Assembly (NCBI GenBank): GCA_002189035.1
Contig: CM007992.1
Coordinates: forward strand, 3,472,001-3,536,000
Length of the DNA: 64,000 bases
Origin: Utricularia gibba
Taxonomy: Eukaryota; Plantae; Magnoliophyta
Direction: 5' to 3'
The position numbers and the translations under genes are program-made. How positions within the stretch are numbered: the stretch's first letter is position 1; each line of letters starts with the position of its first letter. This document shows, piece by piece, positions 25,975 to 40,531 of this stretch. The notes under the pieces were generated by a model. It was not told where the DNA came from, made no database searches, and saw only the letters and a program-made list of their open reading frames with translations.

Positions 25975-27314
25975 ATGGGTGCTCCCAAACAGAAGTGGAC
26001 ATCTGAAGAAGAAGCTGCACTGAAGGCTGGAATTCAAAGATATGGGGTTGGAAAATGGAGTACGATTCTCAAGGATCCTGAATTTAATGTGATTCTCCGG
26101 TCGCGCTCTAATGTCGACCTTAAGGTTTGTTCGCAAAAAGTTTTGTACTGCAGTGCTATCAATCATTTATGAAGTTCGGTGTGGAAAAGGGTTGTTAATC
26201 CTTGCTTGCTCACTGCTCTTTCCTCTAGAAGTCACAAAGTGGGACACTTTTTTCCTCGAACAGGATAAATGGAGAAACTTGAATTGTATAGCAAGTGGGA
26301 TGGGTTCTCGCCATAGGGCTAGTGTTGCGTATAAAAAGAGCCAGCTGAGTGTTTCTAAGCACGATGCAGATGCTGCAGAAGGTGATGTCTTGGAGGCGGA
26401 TAAAGATCCAATGATCGTTGATGGCCATTCGGTTACCGCTTCTAACGAGTCAGACCATGATTTCAGCCACAGAAAACAAATAACAAGGTTGGTTTAGTCA
26501 TGTGGCATGTTGACTCTTTTCTGCAGATTCTTTTGCTCTCTAATGCTTGTGTCATCATGTATCTATTGTCTAAAGTCTTCCCCGATGACAGGCTTGATGA
26601 TGTTATCATGGAGGCCATAGCCAAGTTGAAGGAACCTCGAGGATCCAGTAGGCATACAATTACTGAATACATTGAGGTATCACGAATTGCTGTGGTTCAT
26701 TTTGAAAGTTTTGTGGTGAATGAACCTCTTCGTGTTTATATCTGCTTACAAATCCCTTATCAAAACTATCGAAACATAGGGGCTTTACATAGCACCTCCA
26801 GAGTTCGAAAAGATGCTAAGTACAAGACTGAAGATCCTAACAGAGAATGGACAATTGATTAAGGTACTCCATTCTGAAGTTGCTATTGTACATTTGTCAC
26901 TCTCTTGGTTTGTGGGTGTGTGTAGCATTGCAATGTTCGATCAATGGACAGGTGAAGCATCAGTACAGGATTGCACCAATGTCTACAATGTGGAACGCTC
27001 CAAAAGAACTACCATCCTTTCTTTCCAATGGAGCAAAGACCAAGGATCCTTCACATGTCCGCAACACAGGTGTTGTGCTTCTCACCAAGGAGCAGGTTGA
27101 TGCAGACCTTGAAAAGATGAAGTACATGTCTCCACAGGAGGCCGCAGCATTTGCCGCCCAAGCAGTTGCAGAAGCTGAAGCTGCAGTAGCTGCAGCAGAG
27201 GCTGCTCTCAAGGAAGCCGAGGAGGCAGAGGCTGATGCAGAATCAGCCCGATGCTTTGTTAATGCCATGAGGAAATCAGTCCCTGGAAACAACAACATGG
27301 GCATCATCTGGTAA
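25975..27314 (+). CDS. TRB: Telomere repeat-binding factor (single-Myb histone: Myb/telobox, H1/H5 globular domain, coiled coil), 5 exons
   Basis: Exons 25975-26124, 26264-26487, 26592-26676, 26780-26863, 26952-27314. [26 protein letters not shown]|[24 protein letters not shown], and [18 protein letters not shown]. Confidence 0.92.
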
Positions 27315-28005
27315 TCACTCCTCCCCTTCCTCCAAGCTTATGTATGCACCATACTATAGTTTTAGCGAAATCGTCGTGCTGTCGATATGCGATTCGTCTA
27401 CGGTATGTATGCATAGGATCTCCAAAGTTAGTGTTGAAGTGTTTAGACAATGCAAATAGGAAGAACCATGCTACACAAGAAGACCAACCTCAAAACTATA
27501 TAATACAGTGCAGCACCTTGGTGCCAAAAGCTCATACTATTTATCAAAATGATGCATGTAATTCTCCTTATTTGATGAAAATGGCATCTTTGATCTCTAT
27601 TGGTGTTATTTGCTCATCCATCGCCTGTTGTGTAGGCAGTGGTGGTTAACCACAGTGCAGGGATGGATCAATTGTGAAATTTGAGACAAATAATATGAAA
27701 AATAATATAGACTATTTTTTATAATATTATTCTATTGGAGTAATGAAAATTAATTTTATAAGTATGTATTTTACTCAATTTTGAAATATTAGAGATTTTC
27801 TTTAATTTTTAAATAATAAGGATAAACAATAATATCTAATAAATCAAACATTTCATTTAATTACACAAATAAATGTTGGTGTACTTTTCCAATACAATAT
27901 ATTCATGTATGATATTCAAAGCCCCTGAATTGCAAATGGTTGGGCCGATTCATTAGTAAAAGTGGATATGTGTACAATTTCTTTTATAAAGTGAAAGAAA
28001 TTGAG

Positions 28006-28175
28006 CACATATCCAAAAATAATTGAGCACATTTTTAATAAATCCAAGTTGGGCATGGGCTGTACGGATAAAGTGAACTAAAGTTTTTGTAATATGAATG
28101 ATGAATTCTATCACATATCCAAAAATAATTGATCACATTTTTAATAAATCCAAGTTGGGCATGGGCTTGTACGGA
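28006..28175. repeat. Near-perfect 63/64-bp direct repeat pair
   Basis: 28006-28068 and 28112-28175 (cacatatccaaaaataattga..aatccaagttgggcatgggc..gtacgga) differ by one substitution and one indel. Confidence 0.9.
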
Positions 28176-29560
28176 CGGAGGAAAAAAACAGAGCACAAGT
28201 GAAATTACGGGAACACCCATGCCTGATCATGTGCCGGTGGATAAGGGCAGCACTTGCCTGAAAACGACATACCCCTGCGCCGTTTCGTAACCTTTTCCGC
28301 TGTACCAGGGCTCCCGTGTATGGTTATCTATGCATCCCTGGGACAGAGATCTTTGCAATCGGGGATAAGATCCGACCCTGCAAATAGGCCATTTTTCTAT
28401 TAATATATTTATTATTTTCCAAAAATTAATAAAATAGACAAGAAAATTCCATAGGGAATAAATTATGTTCTAATTCAGCAATAAATCCAGTGTTTCAAAA
28501 AGGGAAAAAATGAAGCACCCACTTAAACTACATTTATTACAAGTGAAGACCTTTTGTCTCAATTGTGTGCCCACGTCATTAATCACCTCATAATTAAAAT
28601 CATTAAACATAATTTGTTATTAATTTAATCAATAAATAATGCCCCATCTTGTTATTTTATATATCAAGTATTTGAAATCGAAGAAATAACTAATGTTTCA
28701 AATACAATTATTGAATTATTAAAAAATATATAATTTATGAATTATTTTTCTATATATATATATTGATAATTTAAATTAATATGAGTAGATAATTTGTAAT
28801 GTAAGTTTAGCGGTATTGTTTAAATAGTGAAATTCTATTAATCTTATATAAGATATTTTCTTCGAAAGTTGAAAATGTAAAACCATGAATTTTGTATGTT
28901 TTAAACAAATAATATTATATAATAAGATCGCGAATGGTTACATTTAATATCAAAACTAAATATTGAATATAATAAATTTAGAGAACTTATGATGATATAT
29001 TACATGGATTATGTACAAAAAATGTGATATATTTAAATAATGATATTTTTCTAATCTAAGCGTTTTATTAAAAAATAGAAAATGTTAAACTGTGAAAATT
29101 ATATCATGGGATGATGAGATGGATCATTTATTTATTTAAATAATAATATTTTTTAGATAATAGATTACTAATCTTTTAAAAATATCTAAAAATAAAAAAA
29201 TGTCCCATCATATTGCCTGACACAACAAAAAAAAAGGAAAGTGGAGCAGTATGCAATGGCCCACAACGCCGCCACTTGCATCCATTCACTTTAAACCCTG
29301 AATCTCAATCCAACGGCCACAATCGCTCCGCAGAGGAGGGAGTACTTGGTGCCGCTATCTGCGCGCCACACGGGAATCCTCTAACCTAACTCTGGTTAAA
29401 CCTTAACCCCGCACGCTCCTCCTGTTTCCATTTCTATGCATCTTTTTATACCTCTCTCTTCTCCGCCTTCCACAGTCTGTCTGAATTCTTGCATTCAATT
29501 GCCGGATCACGGTTCTCCGCCGGCATTCTTGATCGAATCCTTGTGGTGTTTATTTTCAGC

Positions 29561-30277
29561 ATGAGTTGCAATGGGTGCAAAGTTTTAAGGAAGGGATGTA
29601 GTGAAACTTGTGTTTTGCGGCCTTGTTTGCAGTGGATCCAAGGCGCTGAAGCTCAGGGAAACGCCATCGTTTTCGTGGCCAAGTTCTTCGGCCGCGCCGC
29701 ACTCATGAACTTCATCTCCGCCGTGCCGGAAAACCAACGTCCCTGTAGGTGGATGTATTTTTTTTTTTTTTGAACTTCATGGAATTCCTGGCGAGTTTTG
29801 GAACAGATTTCAAATTTTGGGTTTGTGGGAGTGCTAACAAAGCTGCTCAGTGCAATTATCGAAGCACTAGAGTGATGGATTAATTTCCTTGCCTGCAGTA
29901 CTTTTCCGATCGCTATTGTTTGAAGCCGTCGGAAGAACGGTGAACCAGTGAACGGGGCATTGGGGCTCATGGAGACGGGAAATTGGCACGTTTGTCACGC
30001 GGCGGTGGAAAACGTCCTCCGGGCGGGGGCCCTGAAGCGGATGCGCGAGGTCGCAGCTGATAATAATAACCCAGACGATGATTCCGACTGCACAGACATT
30101 TACAGGGAGAACCGTTTTGGTGGGCTTCAAGAGCCTGAACTCTGGCTTTCTCCCGGCGGAGGTCACCCGTCCCTCCGCCGCGTCGGCAGCACCTCGATGA
30201 ATTCGGAGGCATCCGTGATAACCAATTGCGGCTATCCCACCCCTCAGGGAGGGAGGCTACTGAACTTGTTTCACTAA
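29561..30277 (+). CDS. LBD37/38/39: Class II LOB-domain transcription factor (LBD37/38/39 type), 2 exons
   Basis: Exons 29561-29744 and 29899-30277. MSCNGCKVLRKGCSETCVLRPCL..VAKFFGRAALMNFI..RP|LLFRSLLFEAVGRTVNPVNGA, with a C-terminal LLNLF repression motif. Confidence 0.93.
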
Positions 30278-31708
30278 ACCAATAAACGAGGAGATGCGGA
30301 ACTACTCTCCATCGTCTCCATCGCAGAGCGACGTCGTTTTGGCATCTGGTTCTCTGGTTATGCTCCGAAGTTCAACATTTGGTTGAACAGCCGATGATGG
30401 CTGTGCAGCGCATGTAACATACTGAAAGCCTATTGCATTGCTTTACAACCAGCGTAATAATTCCAAAATAATTATCTAAATTGAAAAATTCCAAAATTCA
30501 GATTTTTTTTATAAAAATTATTTGATCAAATTCAATAAATATTTTATGACAAAAGTATCTGAGGGTTGTCAAAGTTACAATATTTTTAGTGTTTGAATGA
30601 TCTAACATCTCAGTTATTAAAATTGATATACAAATTAAAGTTTAATGATGAGCATCAATATTATCATAAGAAAAAATAATGGAAATTAATTTTATCCATT
30701 TTTAAACTATTGAGATGGATTTTACATGATTTTTTCAAAATATTAACAATAATTTCATGGAGATCCATTATGTGTGCAACTATATGTGCAATTTTTACGA
30801 GAAATGACATAAATGTCCTCAGACAGTAAAATGGCTATGATACACAAATGCGGGTAATTCGGAGATACACGGATACAACTACGAAGATTAATGAAAATTA
30901 GATTTATACGTATTTAAAATAAAAATTGTTTATTAAAAATATATAAAAAATAAAAAATAAAATTATGTAATAAAAATAATTAACTTGAAATATAAACTCT
31001 TAAATTTAATCATTAATAACAAAGTAATAAACTAATATATAAATATTTAAACATCATATTAATCAATACTTACAAGAAAATTTTAATATTAGAATATCAA
31101 AATTAGCATCAACGAATAACATGTATTTAATCTCAATGAAAAAAAAAAGATAATCTACACAAACACTAGTGAAATAAAATTAAATTATAATTATATAACT
31201 GAATTAGTTTGTTGAAAAATAATATTTTATATTTTATATTTTTATTTTTAATACAAATTAATTGGATGGGTGTATCCATGAATACGTGAGTTTGTAAAAA
31301 AAAAATAGAAGAATCAGTAAAATAGTCTGCACTGGGCCCGCTTTGGAAAAAAAGCCAACCCTCAGGCCCAATGAAACGGAAGGGAATAATTGGACATACT
31401 TTGGAATTACGAAAAGGGTAATATTGGGAAACAATTATTCGGTTATTTATTGTGTATTAAATAAAAAAATACCAAATGTGGTTATTTTTATTACAGGATT
31501 ACCAATTTTCCAAACAACCAGACATCGATCACAAAGCACACAACATATTTTAACCTAAAATCACGTTACCCCAAGAGGCCCGATTGCACACACACCATGC
31601 ACCAAGTGCCAAATCTTGAAACCTCACAAGGGTACACGAAGCATTGGAATAGGGGATTTATGTACACGTCTTGGAGAGTAGGAGACTCCTTGGAGCACAA
31701 ATGCCTCC

Positions 31709-33120
<1,412 letters not shown>

Positions 33121-34577
33121 GCTTTTTATAGAGGGGAGTGAAAGAAGAAGATCAGGGAGAATGAAGTGAATGTAGACCCTTTCTGTGACCCGGTGAACAT
33201 CACCCACGACAGGAATGGGAAGTAGTTTCAGTTTAGGGGCCGGGAAGGAGCCTCATGATTGCCCAATCACTGCACCCCACGTCACGCAGACAGTGGGAAA
33301 CGCAACCTCGGAATCTGGTAATAGGGAAATGTGCCATGGACGAGGAGAGGAGGAGATATGTGGGGCCACCGAAACCCTATTTATGGAAAGTGCCTCAATT
33401 CGGTGCCATTGGGAAGAGCACCACACACATCTCCAACTACTTTTTTTTCTGATGTATTACCATTTTGAAATCATTAGAATCAAATCTATTATGATATATT
33501 GCATATGTATTCAAAATGTATATCAAATTTTATTTTACGATAATTAATATTTAAAAATCAAATCAATTCAATAATAAACATGAGACAGTAGTTTATCCAT
33601 GATAATTTATTTTTGATAAGTAATTTTAAAATTGAAATTACACTAATACAATTTTTTATAAATAATTATAGTGAATTTAAGTACCTTAGTTTTTAAATGA
33701 TAATTTGAATATAAATAAAAGTATAATTGAAAATTATATAATATTTTTTAATATAAATGATATATACGAAATATTTTTAAATTATAAATTTTTGTAAACT
33801 ATAATTATTAATAAATATGGATAAATATATAATTTATTTATGAAAATCAAATCTCATTTTTGATACCTCAAACATAAATTTATTTTCTAATAATCATTTT
33901 AAAAAACAATTTCAGATATATATCAATTTTAATTCTATGAGAATTTTTAATTCTACTAAAAGGTATGGATTTTTCATAAGTAGCATAATTTGTACTTCAG
34001 GAGTGGTATTTATATTTTTTGGATATTTTATAATTTATAGTTATGATATATATTCATAAAATATTCATTTATACAAAAAAGAATGCTCCTACATCGAGTA
34101 AGAGAACTTTACTAAAATAAAGGAATCCATGCTCTTTTTAGTTGGATGGATGGATGCGGACAACGGCTACTTGTGTGCGCCCCCTCCAATGAATCGACGG
34201 GACGCCGGCCACATCACGCCCACTTGTTGGGGGAGATAATTGTTTTTTTAAATCTTTTTTTATAATTTATTTTCACCGTGGTAAAAACCAACGTAAATTT
34301 TATTTTACTGGGGGAATGGGCCAGGCCATTAGATGCCAAGCCCAAAGCACAGTACCTCCGGGCCCATTTTGTTGTGTTGTTATTGGGGCCCGCTAAGCAC
34401 AGAATGTATGACAGTGACGGTTGTTATTTGGGGCTGAGCGTGGGCCCCGCAAATCGATCCAATCGTGGGCCAGGATTTGCAGAAGTGTCATTTTGGTGGG
34501 CCCACATTGAAATGTACAAGACGAGGGAGGAAGAGCAGAACCGTAGTAGTCAGCAAGCATACAGAGGAGCACCGGAG

Positions 34578-35930
34578 CTAAATCCTCCGGCAAAGAAGGA
34601 ATCTACTGGGTCGACGAGGAGGCTTTAGAGGAAGGCAACAGGGTGAAGAAGGAGGAGGAGAATGGTCTTTAGACAAGGCAGTTCTCATGGCTTCGGCCTT
34701 CGTCTGTGAGCCTCTCAGCTTCTGTGTTATCCTGTCCATTGCGGCTGATCTCTTCTTCTCCAAATTCATCTGCTCATCAGCAGGATTTATAATTTGTGTT
34801 AGTGTAGCATTCGGTGTATTGTAAAAGTAAAATGGAACCAACCTCAAGTTTCCTTATAGCTGCCTCGGCTTTGGCTTTCTGCAAGTTCTCCCAGGCAGTG
34901 ATCTTGGCCTCCTCTCTTTGCATCCTGAGAAGCAAAACATTCATGATTTTGGTGTCGAATACCATGCTTAGAAAGTGATGTATATGATCATGTTAGACTG
35001 ATCACGGGTCAGTACTTGGAAGTGTTTCTTGATGCCTCAGAAGCAGCGTTCCAGGACAAACAGAGATCCAGAACATCTCCAGACGCCTTGATGGATTTGT
35101 CACGTCTCCGTCTCGATGATGAATTGGCTCCTTTATCAACCTGAACATCCCTGATTTCATCCTTGAAACAGCCACCAGCGGCTGAAGAAAAAGCAGAAAA
35201 AGATAGTCTTCCTCTTGGAGAAGAAGGTGCACTTCCCGGGGGACTCATTTGAGTTCCACGTCTCTACAGTGAGTTGGCTTTTCTTCGTCCTTATTCGTAC
35301 CATCTGATCATCAAAACAAAGAATGTTATTGCACAAAACTTGAGGTCTACTGCGCCATAGTAAAGCTTCATTACCATGGGAACAGGGGAGGGAATTTCCA
35401 GCCAGAGAATCCGGGAAACCAGTGACATTACTGCTTCGCGTTACAGCAATCTCGGAACTCGATGAAGTATCAGACATTGCGGTGGTGTGATGAGTACATG
35501 GACCATCAGGAGCAACGGAAAATGATGAGTTTGTTATGAAAACTCTTTCATGACCTCCGCCGCCGAAAATCGCCGGCACGGCGGGCGAAAATTGGGCTAG
35601 AAATTCATTACCTGGCGGCGGAGCGAGGGGGCCGCTTTTGGATTTAGGCCGCGCTTGCGGCAGAGAAGCGGAGGTTTTACCAGGATTCACGACGGAGAGT
35701 GGGCTCGTTATCCATCTCTCAGCGTCGTCCCATTTTGAAGGCAAGACTCTGCCACTATTGAAAGGCATCAACGCAGCAGAACTTATCTGGTTCCGGGCAG
35801 ATCCGGCCCCGGGAACCCTCTCGGAACTCCAAGGTTTCGGCAGTTCGGCGCCGTCGAAGTCGCCGTATTCTGGGGTTCCTGGGCTGGTGTGCACGCCGGA
35901 ATATCTCATTGACCCAGAATTCCTCCTCAT
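34578..35930 (-). pseudogene. Group-6 remorin, frameshifted as assembled (probably an intact gene), 4 exons
   Basis: Exons 35930-35375, 35303-35016, 34924-about 34844, and a last exon ending at 34578. Motifs WSSERVP, LPSKWDDAERWI, RDV[G]TQMSP, EIRDVQVDK, REEAKITAWENLQKAKAEAAIRKLE|MNLEKKRS. Exon 2 hits TGA unless one G is added at 35256-57. Confidence 0.85.
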
Positions 35931-37386
35931 CGCAACACGAGTTTCAAGAATCCTTCAAATGCACGAAACGGCCATTTCCATCGAGAGAAGATAATCAAAT
36001 CCATCATTTACTCCCTTCTGTACACCTCCTGCCGCAAATCTAACAGACCCTTCTCCACCAAATCCCATTCCCTTCCCTCCAATCCACACACAAACAAAAC
36101 CCCAGAAACGAAATCCGATTTCTTTCAAGTAACCAACCTTCGTTCCACTGAAGCCCCACACTCCACGCTCAAAAATCGATCACGGCGAAAAACACATGCC
36201 CCACAAAAAGCCCTCCCAAGCACAAAAAAGCAAAACGGTGGGGACAAACACGACACCCCAGATTCTTCCCAGAAGATGTGTGTGAACAAACTTAAGTAAA
36301 GAACGGACCGCAGCAGCAATGGCAATTTGAGGAAGCAACTACAGACTAGATGGGCAGCCGCAGCATCTGCTCCCAATTCGCATTTATGAGACCAGAGCCC
36401 TGTCAGAGAAAAATGGCGGAATACCCTCAAAAGCTTCGATCTTTCTCCCCACGACGCTCCATTTTCAACCGGGGAAAATCATCTGGCACCTTTCATACCA
36501 AAAGGTACTCGGAAAAGTACCCCCAGGCCAGCCCAGCCTTCCATATCCGTCCATTGACGCGCCTCTGCGAATCCAACGGACGAGATCAAACCTTCCATCG
36601 TTTTTGCATTAAATTAAAGAAAAAAAAAAGAAATGACGCAACCAACAAAGATTAATCAATCACTGTCTACCAATCACACCTGAACACGTGGAAATATCTT
36701 TAAACATCGTAATTAAACAGATTAAAGTACGTGATTAGACAAGAACCATCCACAATCAGTCAGATCCTTTTTCCTTAATCCCAATCATTATCCCCTAGGG
36801 CCTAGCTATATGTTATTTGGGCCTATTAGCGAGAGAGACGCGGCCCAACCCAGAGATTGGGCCTGCGTTCGATTTTTCACATGTTTTTTGAATTGGGCAT
36901 ACTTTTTAATTATTTTTATAACGCAATTTATTAAGGAATTAAATATAAATTATTTATTTTAAAAATAAATATTCATAACCGATGTATATAAAAAAAATTT
37001 TAAAATATATATATTCAAAAATTATATATCAAATAATTGGTACTTTAACCATATAATATATATTTATTTAAATACATTGTTAATTATACTATACTATCAA
37101 ATATAAGTGCACCAAAAATTCACTCTAAGGTATCTGATGTGGAAGGCACAACACGGCTCTTTTATACACCGGGAACGTAAAAAACTGATAAGGCTCTTTA
37201 GTTGACCGGGATTCTGTTTCTCCGCCGGAAGGAGCATCGGATTCCTGATAGCTGACGTGACGGATGAATCTCTGAGCAGAAAGAGACGATAAGAAGGAAC
37301 CTCTGGAATTACGTGGCGCGAAAAGCGTCATCTTCTTGGTGCTTAAATAGTTCCGCATTCCTGTGTCGCTGCGGTAACCAAAAGAA

Positions 37387-37671
37387 ATGGCGATTCGAGG
37401 CGGTCCGAAACGCCGCGGGGACGAGACGACGGTGGAGGAGTTCAGGAAGTGGCTGATGAGCTTCGACTCCGACAAAGACGGCAAGATCAGCAAGAAGGAG
37501 CTCAACGCCGCGATCCGCAGCCGCGGCTGCCCCCGGATGTTCCGCTTCGTGAACACCGCCCGGGGGATGTGGCATGCCGACGGCGACGGCAGCGGATACA
37601 TCGAGGAGCAGGAAATCGATGATCTGTTGGATTTCGCGGAAAAGGCGCTGGGCTTCAAATTCTATCGCTGA
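37387..37671 (+). CDS. Small two-EF-hand calcium-binding protein (CML-like)
   Basis: Intronless, GC-rich 94-aa ORF with EF loops DSDKDGKISKKE and DGDGSGYIEEQE. Confidence 0.85.
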   Translation: MAIRGGPKRRGDETTVEEFRKWLMSFDSDKDGKISKKELNAAIRSRGCPRMFRFVNTARGMWHADGDGSGYIEEQEIDDLLDFAEKALGFKFYR

Positions 37672-38849
37672 AGGTGAAAAAAGAATCATGCCTATGCATC
37701 TGCCCCGCAGCAGCCTGAACTTCTTTTGCTTGAATAATAACAAGGAAACCTCATCGTGCATGAAACCCTAATTTAGAACACTAATCATGGGGGTTTGAAA
37801 AAACCCCCATGATAATAAAGCCAATGAAGTAGTAAATGCTTCGCTTTTGGCACGATGGGATGTCTCAGATCCCAAGGTTGCAGGCCCCAAAGGTGTCTGA
37901 AACCTATTTAATGCCCGGAGAGCCTATGAAAGCCATCGGGGATGCGCCACCGCTATTATTCTTTTCCTTGGACGTGACCCTATCACCATAAACAAATTTA
38001 CCTACCCGGACAAAGCTATGGACCACCCTGCTCCCCTCTATTGTCCTCTTCCCTGTCACGAGCCACCCTCAAGTCCTACTGAGCTTCTCTGGTTCCAGAC
38101 AACTCCTTCTACCCCAATGGGAGGTTATACGAGGCTAGGTTTAGATCCAACTGCCCTCTGCAGAGTAGCTATGTGCATGAATGTGAGGAGGTTGGTAGGG
38201 AGGAAAGGATAGGAACATCAACCTTTCCAAAGATGCACACTATGCAATCTGTGGAAAATAGTTGGGTTTGCTCTTCCCTCTAGACATGAGTTCTATCCGT
38301 GGGTTGCTCAGCATGTAAATGCGTGTGTGGGTGGGTGGTCCAGACTACAAACAAACAAACAAACGACTCACCTCACATGGGGGGCCGTTGCTTACAAGGC
38401 AAGCTGTTTCTCTCACCGGAGGTGAATTTGGATTCTCTGGTTTCCCCGGTTGCTGGTGCTTCTGAGTTCACAGAAACACAGCAATGTTGCAGCACCTAGA
38501 GGGGGGTGAGATGAGTGGAAAAGCTGAAAGGGGGTATAGTGGGAAGTAGGTAGGAGGCAATGGAGATAAGGGAAGGGATTGGAAACACTGTGGTTTGTGG
38601 GTTTGGGTGAAGAGTATGATTGCCTTGGCAGCAAGTGAAAGATCCCATGGAGCAGACCACTCTGACTGCTCAGAAACGGAAAACCTGGAATATATATATC
38701 ATTTCATTTTCTTTTTTATGTAAATCAATTCACAACAGATTTGGTTTGCAACTTTTAGTCTACTGGGTTGGTGTGTACTGAAGAAGAATGTCATGAGCCT
38801 TACTTGAAAGCTGTAGTGATTTTGGTTACTGGAATTTGCTTGTCCCTCT

Positions 38850-39678
38850 TCAAGGCTGCAATAGAACCCACTCAAAGCGACCATGAATCGGATAATCGTT
38901 CTCTATGTCGTAGTTGTACCTGTTTAAAGGTGAACCGTTAAGAGTTAAATGCTTGTAGAATTGAGAAGAGGAGGCGAATCTCAGAGTTCTTTCTACCTGT
39001 CAAGGAACTGCTTGTGGAGTTGCTTTTCAGCGGCAGCGAAGAAGTCCTCCACTTCTTCTCCAGTAGGCATTTGTGTCTCCGCCGCGGACTCGGATTTGGA
39101 GGCGGTGTCGCTTGAATCTGTGCCTCTTCTTGAAAAATATGGACGTAAACGGAAAATGTGAATGTTCAGGAAATCAAACGGTTACGGGGAGAAAATTGAC
39201 GGCATAACGGGATAATTGATTACCTCCCGCCGGAGTCCACGGCATCGACGGCCGACAATGAGAGCAGATTGTCAGTCACCCCATTCTCCTAAAAGGCAAT
39301 TCGCAAATTCAAAACAAACATCGTGGAATTTTTCAGGAATTAAGGAAGGATGAGAGATACAGAGGAAAACTCCATTAAATGTAAGGGGAACACCGCAGCA
39401 TTTTCATCAGAAATTAATTAGCATACCTCCAGATCTACGAAATTCCCAATCACGCCTCCACCTCCGTTACTTGAGCAACACGACGCCGAAACACCGTCGC
39501 TCTCACAGCTACAACTCTCCGATCTCACCGACGAAACCGAATCCTTCTCCTCCGCCTCCGCCGCCGCCGCCGACACACGCCATTTTTTCACCTCTGAAGA
39601 CGGTGTCGACGATTCCGATCCACCTTCGCTGGCTTTTCTCTTTCTCCCCGCCGCCGTCGCCGTCATTTTCGATTCCAT
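38850..39678 (-). CDS. KRP: Cyclin-dependent kinase inhibitor (KRP/ICK), 4 exons
   Basis: Exons 39678-39427, 39288-39224, 39128-38997, 38919-38850. Internal SCCSSN and FVDLE motifs, and the C-terminal CDK/cyclin-binding domain MPTGEEVEDFFAAAEKQLHKQFLDR|YNYDIENDYPIHGRFEWVLLQP*. Confidence 0.9.
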
Positions 39679-40312
39679 TTCTTCCGTCGGTAACAGTCCT
39701 CGTTGATTTCACCTTCCTATGATGTGAGCGACATCAAGAACACAGAGAGTGCAAGTCACGGTTACCGTACAGCCCGCGGAGGGAGCCAGAGGAGTTATCT
39801 GCTTTTCCGCCTGCACTGTCTCTGCAACGAAAGTATTCTTTTGCTGAAAAACGAAAAAGTAGAATGTATCCGGGTGAGGGTGAGTGGTGAAGCTGATGAT
39901 GATTGCGACCTTTATGGGAATCCAACTCCGTTTACCCGTGCCGCCGTTAGTGCCCTTCTCCGTTAACGCTCACGGAAAAACTTTAAAGCTCCGTCGTTTA
40001 CACAGTTCTACCGACGATATTTTTTAAAGCATTACATAATAAATTTTATTTTAAATACATAATTCAATTTTAAATTAATTTCAGGTATATTTTAAGATCA
40101 TATTTTAATATTTATATTTATCTTCTCAAATACATGTATATTAATAATAGGTTTTCTTATATTAATATATTTAATTGTATATAACATTTAATATTTGATG
40201 ATATAAATTTAATTATGTAAGAAGTATATATATATATAATTAGCATACTCCCTTCATTTGTATATATCATGTATATGCTCAAAAAATAAGTATTATAATA
40301 ATATAGTCATAT

Positions 40313-40315
<3 letters not shown>

Positions 40316-40346
<31 letters not shown>
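40316..40346. repeat. (AT)n microsatellite, about 15 units
   Basis: Uninterrupted AT run in the extremely AT-rich spacer. Confidence 0.9.
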
Positions 40347-40351
<5 letters not shown>

Positions 40352-40500
40352 AATCAAACAGTGATTTATATATAAATTTGAATATAAATTTTCTATACTA
40401 TATTATCAAATACGTTCTAAATGTATCTGTTCTTTAAATATTTTTATCCTAATTTTGAATTCCTTAATCAATTGAATTTTGATTCATTATTTCAATTATA

Positions 40501-40530
<30 letters not shown>
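40501..40530. repeat. (TAT)10 microsatellite
   Basis: tattattattattattattattattattat. Confidence 0.9.

Positions 40531-40531
<1 letters not shown>

Noticed and set aside
30860-31290. GATACACGGATAC ... GTATCCATGAATAC loose inverted pair (hAT-MITE-like)
   Set aside because: Weak similarity only; needs a genome-wide copy search.
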